DNA from: a virus
Taxonomy: Duplodnaviria; Caudoviricetes
Strand: one strand, 5' to 3'
Length of the DNA stretch: 64,000 nt
Virus record (IMG/VR): IMGVR_UViG_3300042465_002598
Coordinates: 1,261-65,260 of that record
In this document: positions 7,509 through 15,610 of the stretch, piece by piece
Layout of the letters: each line of letters opens with the position of its first letter
Position numbering within the stretch: position 1 is the stretch's first letter
Translations under genes and position numbers: made by a program
The notes under the pieces: generated by a model
Database searches by the model: none
Told to the model about the DNA's origin: nothing
The model's input: the letters and a program-made list of their open reading frames with translations, nothing else

Positions 7509-7556
7509 GGGAACTCCTAGTGATGCCCTCGTAGGGGCGGTGTAGTTAAACGGTGT

Positions 7557-7787
7557 TTAACCGAACGTGATGAAACACACAAGGCACGCGCCCATCGGAC
7601 GCAGTTCGATCATGTCTCCGTGGTCGGTGGTGGTGCAGCGGCGACCGTTCCACCCGATAAGTGCCTTCACCCTACGGACGACGCTGTAATTGGACAGGCA
7701 CTCGGGCACTTCCAACTCGTGACGCTTGACCCACGAGTAGTTAGGCTCGTGCCCGAACAGGTCGGTGACTTCGATGTTGACTTTCAT
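7557..7787 (-). CDS. Hypothetical protein
   Basis: GAGGA RBS, ATGA coupling. Confidence 0.7.
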   Translation of the reverse strand: MKVNIEVTDLFGHEPNYSWVKRHELEVPECLSNYSVVRRVKALIGWNGRRCTTTDHGDMIELRPMGACLVCFITFG

Positions 7788-8077
7788 GGTTCCTCTCGGT
7801 TGCGCCACGGCACGCTTGCCGCTGGCGGTTTGGTAACTGACGGCGCCTTGACCAGCAGCTTCAGAAGTTCTCGTTGGGTCCGGGCATCTGCGATGCGCCG
7901 AAGTCCGAGGCGCAGGCCGGTTTCGTTTGCATAGAAACGATACTCAGAAACAGTCCCGCGCCACCCGGATGTCGGGTGAACGGCGAGCACCTCGCCAACC
8001 TCGAGACCATCCGCCAATAGTGGCGACCTGCGGAAGAATGACGAGATGCCGATTGGATACTTCAGTGTCAGTTTCAT
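7784..8077 (-). CDS. Hypothetical protein
   Basis: Operon context. Confidence 0.6.
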   Translation of the reverse strand: MKLTLKYPIGISSFFRRSPLLADGLEVGEVLAVHPTSGWRGTVSEYRFYANETGLRLGLRRIADARTQRELLKLLVKAPSVTKPPAASVPWRNREEP

Positions 8078-8089
8078 CTCATCATCTCC

Positions 8090-8302
8090 TCAGAACGGCG
8101 CCGGCTTGGCCGGCAGGGGTAGTGCGCTGCTGTCCGTGTCGGAGAACCACTTGGCGAGGATTTCGCGCATGCCTTCAGCCGTGAACCCTGCGGCCATCAA
8201 ATCGTGCGGGTGCTCGCGGCCAGCTTCAAGCAGCGACCTGTAGCGGGTCTGCCGCAAGTCGAATCGATCGGGGCCGGCGCAGACAACGTAATAGGTGTTC
8301 AT
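8090..8302 (-). CDS. Hypothetical protein
   Basis: GGAG RBS before MNTYYVV. Confidence 0.6.
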   Translation of the reverse strand: MNTYYVVCAGPDRFDLRQTRYRSLLEAGREHPHDLMAAGFTAEGMREILAKWFSDTDSSALPLPAKPAPF

Positions 8303-8303
8303 G

Positions 8304-8609
8304 TCACTCTCCCTCCAATGCGTCGATGTACTGCGCCACCACGGTGATGGGCACCCAGCCGTACGGGTCTTCGCCGTCCCCATAGGGGTCAAGCAGCGGG
8401 TGGTGCGGGCACAACCACATCTCCACGGAGTCCTCGTTGCAGTAGTGTGAGGCACCCTGCTGGATGGACACCTCCACCCCGTTCTTCGTGACGAAGTAGT
8501 TGCGGACGGTGATGTGCTCAAACCCACGCTGCGGGAAGATCGCAGGGCTGGACATGTGAATGTTGGCCGGGTCAGCCAGCCAAGCACGGATGCGTTGTTC
8601 GGTGGTCAT
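8304..8609 (-). CDS. Hypothetical phage protein
   Basis: GAGGA RBS; VSIQQGASHYC...PYGWVP. Confidence 0.75.
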   Translation of the reverse strand: MTTEQRIRAWLADPANIHMSSPAIFPQRGFEHITVRNYFVTKNGVEVSIQQGASHYCNEDSVEMWLCPHHPLLDPYGDGEDPYGWVPITVVAQYIDALEGE

Positions 8610-8664
8610 TGTTCCTCTCCGGGGTTGAGCCCCCTTGCGGGGGCGGTAACTTCGATGTTGAGTT

Positions 8665-8958
8665 TCATACCTTATCCAAACCCCGCAGCAGGCGGGAATA
8701 CTTGTTCATCAAATGCCCACGAAAGAAATCGTGGAACACGAAGTGCGGGTTCTCCGCATACTGCGCAGCCCAGTCGTAGCTACGCCAGAAGGCAGCCACC
8801 CCATCGCGGTTTCGCGTGTAGCCCTTCTTAAGGTCAGCGCGGAACTTCATACTGCGCATCCACTCGACAGCCTGATCGAAGGCTGTCCGGTTCTCCGCAC
8901 GCTCACGCAGCAGGTGAAACTCCGTGGCGCTATGCTGGATTGACTGGTCGAACGTCAT
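8665..8958 (-). CDS. Hypothetical protein
   Basis: ATGA coupling, GGAGG upstream. Confidence 0.65.
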   Translation of the reverse strand: MTFDQSIQHSATEFHLLRERAENRTAFDQAVEWMRSMKFRADLKKGYTRNRDGVAAFWRSYDWAAQYAENPHFVFHDFFRGHLMNKYSRLLRGLDKV

Positions 8959-9161
8959 CTGAAAAACCCTCCTTTGGAGTTCACGCCTTTCAGGTCTTCC
9001 TTGTTCGTCAAGAGCACGTAGTTCGATTTGTGCATCGGGACGATGGTCCAGTGGGTCCGCTCCTCGCGGGCAGCTTCCTCGCCGCACATCAGGCAGAGCC
9101 AGTACCCGAGGGCCACTCGGCGCGGGTCGATATCGTCGCCGCAGCGGGGGCATTCATTCAT
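8955..9161 (-). CDS. DksA/TraR-type C4 zinc-finger protein
   Basis: CPRCGDDIDPRRVALGYWLCLMC. Confidence 0.7.
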   Translation of the reverse strand: MNECPRCGDDIDPRRVALGYWLCLMCGEEAAREERTHWTIVPMHKSNYVLLTNKEDLKGVNSKGGFFR

Positions 9162-9190
9162 TGCTTCTCACTCCTAAAAGATCAAACAAC

Positions 9191-9454
9191 TCAGTGGTAC
9201 GCGATCACTTCGCCGTCAGCGAAGCACGCCTCGATCACCTGAAACGTGAACGTCGCACGGTCGGCACCCATCGTGCCATCGTCGCCGCGCCAGCAGAACT
9301 CGGGGTAACCCGCGTCGATGCACGGGCCGGGAGCGTTCATCGTCTCCCACTCATCGATCTCGGCAATCTCTGCGTCGGTGTAGCCCGACGCGTCACCGTT
9401 GATGAGGTACGGTGCCCAGTGGATGGGCAGCAGGAAGGTCTCGGTCTTGATCAC
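9191..9454 (-). CDS. Hypothetical acidic phage protein
   Basis: WAPYLINGDASG; GTGA coupling. Confidence 0.7.
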   Translation of the reverse strand: MIKTETFLLPIHWAPYLINGDASGYTDAEIAEIDEWETMNAPGPCIDAGYPEFCWRGDDGTMGADRATFTFQVIEACFADGEVIAYH

Positions 9455-9738
9455 GCGCAGTACCTCCCAACGATCACCTCGTCGTCACCGACGAGGCGGA
9501 ACAGGATGCCGGAGAAAAAGCTATCGGACACGATGCTGTCCCATCCCTTGAACTGGTCGAAGCCCAACTCGCGGGTGACGGACTGGCTATCGTATACGTC
9601 GTACCAGTGGCCTTTGTACTGGACGAAGCGGTACGACAAGTCGTAGTTCTCGACGTAGTCGAAGTCGAGTTGAGTTTTCGCGGGCAGGTCCGCGAGGCAC
9701 GCCAGCGGGCGCGGGCGGTTGTTCGTTGTGATGATCAT
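9451..9738 (-). CDS. Hypothetical protein, first gene after the long leader
   Basis: GGAG RBS before MIITT. Confidence 0.75.
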   Translation of the reverse strand: MIITTNNRPRPLACLADLPAKTQLDFDYVENYDLSYRFVQYKGHWYDVYDSQSVTRELGFDQFKGWDSIVSDSFFSGILFRLVGDDEVIVGRYCA

Positions 9739-9744
9739 CTCACT

Positions 9745-10210
9745 CTCCGGTGTTCGCAGCACGACGCTGCTTAGAGCACTCCACACCTCACGCCTGCCTA
9801 GGCAGGCAGCGGACGCAAAGCGCGAAGCGCTCTAAGCAGGGGGCGTTTAGGCAGGCGAGTATTTCCGAACCTACCATGCACCCCCGTGCAGGATATTTGT
9901 AATATCACCGAAGGATTCTTACCCCCAAGTGATACGCAGGGAGTGTTACGGATTATTCATGATGTGCTGCACCCTTGCACGGGGATACATTCACCTTCTT
10001 ACCTGCCACAGACCTCTTACTGCGTGATGAAACACGCACGGGTTGATGTGACTCAGCAATAACACAAGTCATGAACGATAGCGCTGTGGATCACTGCGCG
10101 ACTGAACACTATGCCTACGGCGCCTCACGGCGTTGATGCGATACGTGAATTGTTAGAGAGCGGGAGTTAAACGCTGTTTAACTCGTCGTTGTGTGATTTC
10201 CCACCCAACA
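9745..10210 (-). ncRNA. Candidate long structured leader RNA
   Basis: About 470 nt between promoter and first RBS with no long ORF; two 14-15 bp long-range stems and several hairpins. Confidence 0.45.
10151..10162 (-). promoter_or_regulatory. boxA-like antitermination site
   Basis: CGCTCTCTAACA vs consensus YGCTCTTTAACA, just after a hairpin and about 50 nt into the transcript. Confidence 0.6.
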
Positions 10211-10216
10211 GACTAT

Positions 10217-10245
10217 ATTGTATCACAAGTAGGGGGTTATGTCAA
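10217..10245 (-). promoter_or_regulatory. Strong sigma70 early promoter
   Basis: TTGACA, 17 bp, TACAAT with extended TG. Confidence 0.85.
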
Positions 10246-10323
10246 GGGTTTAGCGATACCGTCAGTCGGCTGTTTCAACAGTGGGTTATGTCAAGGGTTT
10301 AGTGTTGGGTTTAGTGTTGGTTT

Positions 10324-11364
10324 CTAGTCGGTTTCGGCACCTCGGCGACGGCGGGGAACGGGTGTCGGCATGGGCGAAGCAGTGGGATGCTTCTCCCTCC
10401 ACGCTTCGTAATGATCTTTGATCTCAGGCAGGGTCTTCAGGATCGCAGGGAGTTCAACGACGGTCATCCCTTCGATCAGTTTCCGCCCTATCTTACTTAC
10501 GATAACTATGTTACCAGAGATGAAAGGCTTGTTCCTGTCGTATCTAGCTATACGCGGCGAGTGGAATGACTTACGCAGAACCCAATCGAACTCCTCCCCC
10601 GTCGCTGGGCAGTGGGTGGGGTACCCGCCTGGGGCGTACTCGTCATGCAGGTCGGCCAGAACGAACTTGTGCCCTATGCCTCGCCTGTTTGCGTCTGTAC
10701 GGCACTCCTCAACGGAGGTTTCGAGCGTCTTCCACTTCAACTCATGCTCATACGCCTTGCTGAACTTGTGCGGAGTGGTGTCTCCCTTGGCACGCTGCGC
10801 GGTGTTCTCCACTGCTCGCAGGACGGGTATGCCACGCTCGGTCAGCACCTTACGCACGAGGTCTTCGGATACGCACATGCGGGAGGCAGTGGTCTTCAAG
10901 GCGCGGTACCGCACAGCGTCGGGCGTCAACGTGCTGGGGTCCCGGTCCCGCTGGCGGGTGTACATGCGCTCGATGATGTTGTCACGGGCTCTGCGCAGGG
11001 CCTCCTGGGTGGAGGCACCGCCGAAGGCTTTGTAGTGGTCGTGCGCGACCTGCGCATGGTCGTGGGGCGATATGTTGTGCGCGATGCGTTCGGCGGGGGT
11101 GTCAGGGGGGTAGGTGTGAGCAGCGGCAGTGAGGACGCCGCCGTAGATCGATAGGGGGACGATGAAGTTTTCAAAGGCAGCGTCACCGGAGAAGGCAGGG
11201 ACGGGCTGGCCCCAGACGGCGCGGGGGTTGAGGGCGTTGGAGCGGTAGATGACTTGGGGACGGCCATCGGGGGTGGTGCGCACGGTGAGGCGACGGCAGG
11301 CGAGGTGGGGGTCGGGGTGCTGCATGGGGAGGGCTCCGGGGGAGAGTTGAGGTGGGGGGAGCAT
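10324..11364 (-). CDS. Putative DNA-binding protein with degenerate HNH-like C-terminal domain (start uncertain)
   Basis: HCPATG...SPRIARYDRNKPFISGNIVIVS resembles the CP..G...SPSLDRID...GY..GNV motif. Confidence 0.6.
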   Translation of the reverse strand: MLPPPQLSPGALPMQHPDPHLACRRLTVRTTPDGRPQVIYRSNALNPRAVWGQPVPAFSGDAAFENFIVPLSIYGGVLTAAAHTYPPDTPAERIAHNISPHDHAQVAHDHYKAFGGASTQEALRRARDNIIERMYTRQRDRDPSTLTPDAVRYRALKTTASRMCVSEDLVRKVLTERGIPVLRAVENTAQRAKGDTTPHKFSKAYEHELKWKTLETSVEECRTDANRRGIGHKFVLADLHDEYAPGGYPTHCPATGEEFDWVLRKSFHSPRIARYDRNKPFISGNIVIVSKIGRKLIEGMTVVELPAILKTLPEIKDHYEAWREKHPTASPMPTPVPRRRRGAETD

Positions 11365-11558
11365 AGCATGGGGATCGGAGATTGGGTAGAAAAATGTTGA
11401 ATGATAGGGATAATTGAGTGCAAAAGTCTTGCATTGAGTCGCTGTTTTGGGCAGGACGGCACGCGTAGTTGCCCGGATAACATCCGGGTTTGTTGGGGGA
11501 ATTTCTCGATCCAGTTTTTGGAAAAACGGTCTTTTTTGTATTCAGTTTTTCATGTAAA

Positions 11559-11712
11559 TGTGGATAACTCCTGTGGATAAGTCGTCAAAACAGGCAAAAG
11601 TGTTGCGTGGTGGCTACAAAACCGGGGAATGTTCTGGAAAGTTCTAAATTCTGAGGGGTGCTTGGAACACGGCAAGTTGTTGATTTATAAAGGAAAAGTG
11701 GAGTTATCCACA
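11559..11712. promoter_or_regulatory. Three DnaA boxes plus an IHF site (origin-like locus)
   Basis: TGTGGATAA 11559-67 and 11572-80, TTATCCACA 11704-12; AATCAACAACTTG (minus) 11673-85 matches WATCAAN4TTR. Confidence 0.7.
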
Positions 11713-11938
11713 GGAATGTGGTTTGTGTCAGCCATAATCATTCAGTCCAGGGGAGCTTGCCCCCTCATTGAGAACGTGGAAAACCGGGGTTTCCGGGGGT
11801 TTCGATTTAGGGGAACTACCAACTGGGATATGAATGAAATTCTAGAAGAAGAACTTAGAACAAAGGAACAAACCGGCCCGGGCTGGCCCGCTGCCTTCCT
11901 CGCCCCTGCTTGGGACCGGGTGTCGGCGTGGGGCGAAA

Positions 11939-11956
11939 GTTAGTAAGCTTCCTAAC
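11939..11956. promoter_or_regulatory. 18-bp palindrome copy 1
   Basis: GTTAGTAAGCTTCCTAAC, one mismatch to the 12819 copy. Confidence 0.6.
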
Positions 11957-12085
11957 TTTTCTGCGCTGACAAAGCGCCGCACGGCGTGCGCAGCATGCGT
12001 GGGCTCGCGTGCAGGCGTTGGGGCCTCGTACTCGCGTGCTGGCGTGCCGCTCGCGTACTCTTGACACCCGGTCCCGACCGGACAC

Positions 12086-12119
12086 AAAAAAACCCCGCAG
12101 GGCGTGTACCCTGCGGGGT
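12086..12119 (-). terminator. Intrinsic terminator
   Basis: ccccgcaggg stem with T7 tail, after 12132..12746. Confidence 0.8.
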
Positions 12120-12131
12120 CTAGCGAAGCCG

Positions 12132-12746
12132 TTAGGCTTTGCGATGCGCCCTTATCAGGGCGATGCATTCCATCAGCGCGTTTTCGAACTTGTCCACGTT
12201 TGCAACATCCACGAGTTTCGTTTTGTTAGCTGCGAACCCTTGCAGGATGACGACAGGGTCGGTGGATTCAACGGGCTTTTCTTCCGCCCTACCCTTCTTT
12301 GTGCGTACCTTGTCGGGATTCTGTACTCGGTCAACGTACCGGCGCACAAGGCCGAAGATGCTGCCCACTTGTTGCTGCCAATACTTGCGGGTTTGACTCA
12401 GGACCTTATCGTCGGCATCCCGCAGGGCTTCACGGCTCATGCCCACAAGCTCTCCGACAGTGTAGGTACCGTTCGTGAATTTCATGGGCTTGACGGAAGC
12501 GCTGAGGGCTTCAGTTATCATGCGCTCAATAGTAGCGATGAGCGAATCATCTTGCGCCGGGTTCGGCTCATCCTTCGTCCCCTTCGTCAGGGCTTCAACG
12601 CGTGCGCCTGCCTTGTAGAGAGACTTGCCGGCCTTCGCCCAACGATCCCGTGCGGTATTCTCGGCGTTGACGGCAGAGGCAAGGGTAGTACCGCACTGTT
12701 CTGCAACAGCTTCGGCAACAAGGGAAAGGGCAAACTGCTTTGTCAT
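12132..12746 (-). CDS. Hypothetical 204-aa protein in its own transcription unit
   Basis: AAGGA RBS, own terminator, flanked by palindromes. Confidence 0.8.
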   Translation of the reverse strand: MTKQFALSLVAEAVAEQCGTTLASAVNAENTARDRWAKAGKSLYKAGARVEALTKGTKDEPNPAQDDSLIATIERMITEALSASVKPMKFTNGTYTVGELVGMSREALRDADDKVLSQTRKYWQQQVGSIFGLVRRYVDRVQNPDKVRTKKGRAEEKPVESTDPVVILQGFAANKTKLVDVANVDKFENALMECIALIRAHRKA

Positions 12747-12818
12747 GATGCTATCCTTTTCACGGGGTTAGGTTGAATGTAGGTTTGTCACGCCTACACT
12801 ATAGGGAAACGCGTGTTT

Positions 12819-12836
12819 GTTAGGAAGCTTCCTAAC
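12819..12836. promoter_or_regulatory. 18-bp perfect palindrome copy 2
   Basis: GTTAGGAAGCTTCCTAAC; overlaps a weak -35 (TTCCTA) 17 bp from TATAGT on the minus strand. Confidence 0.65.
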
Positions 12837-13075
12837 CTTACCCACCACACCCGGAGCCCCCCAATACGCGTTGGGACTCCGCCGCCGCGCTTCGCGCTGT
12901 ATTCCAGACCCACTACCCCCACAAAAAAGGCTACACCTACATAAACCTACCCTCATAAACCTACCTCCACAACCATCCCACAAAAATAAATCCGCCAAAC
13001 TTGCCCCCACCCACCCCCTTAAATAGAAACACCCCCCGTCAGGAGTCCCAGAATCCCGACGACCATACCCATCAC

Positions 13076-13104
13076 TTGCAGAAAAACGAAACGGGGGGTA
13101 CCAT
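13076..13104 (+). promoter_or_regulatory. Putative sigma70 promoter for the packaging operon
   Basis: TTGCAG, 17 bp, TACCAT. Confidence 0.5.
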
Positions 13105-13138
13105 CCGCTGCCACTCCCTGCGCACCCTCGGGGGTCAG

Positions 13139-13759
13139 ATGATCAATTGCCCTGTTGACGAGTTCATTCCACTGCCGACCAGCCCCAGCCGGTCTGCCAA
13201 GACTTCGGGTATGGGGTACCGGGAAGTCCGTGAGCGCGCTCGCGCTGCATGTGCCGCCGCCCTCCTGTTGAACGCCGAGGGGTACTCCGACCCCCCTGCC
13301 GATATGGAGTTCGTCCAAGTGGTCGCGCAGAACAACCTGCGCCGCCTGTCAGAGGGGGCCACAGTTCCCGCAAAGGAAATGAACGCAACGGTCAATACCC
13401 CCGAGGGTGCCCTCTACGTGGACAGCCTGCTGGCTGCCTACGACATGGCCGTGGTGAAGGACTCCAAGCGCCTGCGCCACTACGTCACCAACAAGCTCAT
13501 CCTTGAGGCTGAGAACCCCGACCCGCGCATCAGGATGCAAGCGCTCGCCCTGCTTGGGAAGATCAGCGATGTGGGCCTGTTCACCGAACGCACCGAGATC
13601 ACCGTCAACAACCGGTCCACCGTCGAGCTTGAGAACTCCCTGCGAGACAAGCTGCGCCGCCTGATGAACCCGGGTGACGTTGAAGATGCCCGCGTAGTCT
13701 CCCCTCCGCTCGACACGCCCGTCTTGGTGCCCCCTAGCATCGCGCTGGCGGACCTGTAA
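13139..13759 (+). CDS. Putative terminase small subunit
   Basis: Directly upstream of terL; RMQALALLGKISDVGLFTER. Confidence 0.65.
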   Translation: MINCPVDEFIPLPTSPSRSAKTSGMGYREVRERARAACAAALLLNAEGYSDPPADMEFVQVVAQNNLRRLSEGATVPAKEMNATVNTPEGALYVDSLLAAYDMAVVKDSKRLRHYVTNKLILEAENPDPRIRMQALALLGKISDVGLFTERTEITVNNRSTVELENSLRDKLRRLMNPGDVEDARVVSPPLDTPVLVPPSIALADL

Positions 13760-13760
13760 C

Positions 13761-15317
13761 GTGGTAACGCTCACCGAGACCGAGATCGAGGCGCTGGCTG
13801 CCAACATCGGCCAGTTCTCCCCCGAGGAGCAGACTCAGATTGCGGTCATCATCGATGAGCTTGAGCGCCGGAAACAGGCCAAACTCTGCCAAGACAGCCT
13901 GATTGAGTTCTGCAAGTATATGGACCCGACATATGTCGTGGCTCCTCACCACAAAAGACTTGCAGAACTGCTCACTCAGATTGCCTACGGCCACAAAGAC
14001 CGCATCGCAGTATCAATTCCGCCCCGCCACGGTAAGTCCCACCTCGTCAGTACGCTGTTTCCAGCATGGTTTTTGGGTAAATTCCCCGGCAAAAAGGTGC
14101 TGATGGTGTCCCATACGGGGGATTTGGCGGTCGATTTCGGTCGAAAAGTGCGAAATATCATCGCAGACCCCCGATATACGTCCATTTTCCCTGGAATTAC
14201 CCTCGCTGCCGACTCAAAAAGTGCTGGTAGATGGTCCACGAACCACGGCGGGGAGTATTTTGCCACCGGTGTGGGTGCCGCACTGGCTGGACGGGGGGCC
14301 GACTTACTCTTGGTTGACGATCCGCACTCGGAACAAGACCTTTTGGCGGGTAATTTCGAGGAATTGGAGAAAACCTACCAGTGGTTTGCCTTCGGTGCGC
14401 GTACTCGCTTGATGTCAGGGGGCAGGATAGCTGTAATCCATACCCGGTGGCACCAAGATGACCTCATTGGGCACCTCGTCAAGGACGGTGCCAATAACCC
14501 CAAGGCGGATCAGTACGAGGTTTTCGAGTTCCCCGCTGTCATGACCACCACCGTCAACACCGACGAGGGCGAGAAGGTCGTAGAGAAGGCTCTGTGGCCC
14601 GAGAAGTTCGATCTGGAGGCGCTGGAGCGCACCAAGGCGTCGATGCCTGCGTTCCAGTGGAACGCCCAGTACATGCAGAACCCCACCGGGGAGAAGGGCG
14701 CGATCATTCAGCGCGACTGGTGGATGCCGTGGACGAAGGACGACCCACCCACCTGCGAGTACATCATCATGGCCCTGGACGCCGCTGCGGAGAAGAACAA
14801 CCGGGCGGACTTCACGGCACTGCTGACCTTCGGCGTGTTCAGCGACGACAACCTGACGGACGGGGCGCAGCACATCATCCTGCTCAACGCGATCAACATT
14901 CGGGTCGAGTTTCCCGAGTTGAAAGACCTCGCCATCCGAGAGTGGAAAGAGTGGAACCCCGACTCGTTCATTGTTGAAAAGAAGTCCAGCGGCACGCCGC
15001 TGTACCAAGAACTGCGTCGGATGGGTATTCCGGTGCAGGAGTTCACGCCGAACCGTGGCACAGGCGATAAGATTGCCCGACTGAACGCCGTTGCGGATAT
15101 CATCCGCTCGGGTATGGTCTGGTACCCGGAGGGGCGCAGGTGGGCCGAGGAGGTTATCGAGCAGTCGGTGGCGTTTCCTTACGGGTCGCATGACGACCTC
15201 GTGGACTGCCTATCCATGTGCCTCACCAGATACCGTCAGGGCGGGTTTATTACTCTGCCGTCTGATTATCGAGACCCAGAATACCTGAACCGCCCGCGAC
15301 GGGTGGCGTATTATTAA
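13761..15317 (+). CDS. terL: Terminase large subunit
   Basis: Walker A PPRHGKS, Walker B LLLVDDPH, TRWH, C-terminal HDDLVD. Confidence 0.96.
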   Translation: MVTLTETEIEALAANIGQFSPEEQTQIAVIIDELERRKQAKLCQDSLIEFCKYMDPTYVVAPHHKRLAELLTQIAYGHKDRIAVSIPPRHGKSHLVSTLFPAWFLGKFPGKKVLMVSHTGDLAVDFGRKVRNIIADPRYTSIFPGITLAADSKSAGRWSTNHGGEYFATGVGAALAGRGADLLLVDDPHSEQDLLAGNFEELEKTYQWFAFGARTRLMSGGRIAVIHTRWHQDDLIGHLVKDGANNPKADQYEVFEFPAVMTTTVNTDEGEKVVEKALWPEKFDLEALERTKASMPAFQWNAQYMQNPTGEKGAIIQRDWWMPWTKDDPPTCEYIIMALDAAAEKNNRADFTALLTFGVFSDDNLTDGAQHIILLNAINIRVEFPELKDLAIREWKEWNPDSFIVEKKSSGTPLYQELRRMGIPVQEFTPNRGTGDKIARLNAVADIIRSGMVWYPEGRRWAEEVIEQSVAFPYGSHDDLVDCLSMCLTRYRQGGFITLPSDYRDPEYLNRPRRVAYY

Positions 15318-15325
15318 GGCCCATT

Positions 15326-15601
15326 ATGGCGAACACCACTGACTTCATGGGTAAGAACCAGCTCATAGATAGGCTGGCGGCGCAGCTTCGCGTTAACGGT
15401 ATGACAGGGGATACTCGCGCAGCCGCGATGGATATACTCAAGCGGCGGGGACACCTGAACGGCAAAGGTGAACTAACGGCTGATGGCCGTGCGCGTGACG
15501 GTATGACAGCAGAAGAACGTGCAATCGATCGCGCCAAGCGTGCTGCACCCGGTGCGCAGTTTGTCTACAACCCCAACACGAATCGCGCCACACGGCGCTG
15601 A
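15326..15601 (+). CDS. Hypothetical protein between terL and portal
   Basis: Fills the gap exactly. Confidence 0.7.
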   Translation: MANTTDFMGKNQLIDRLAAQLRVNGMTGDTRAAAMDILKRRGHLNGKGELTADGRARDGMTAEERAIDRAKRAAPGAQFVYNPNTNRATRR

Positions 15602-15610
15602 AAGAGCATC

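Noticed and set aside
7514-7551. Type I-C CRISPR repeat mimic (RNA anti-CRISPR)
   Set aside because: Loose resemblance only, and on the strand opposite the early transcript; the hairpin+RBS reading is simpler.
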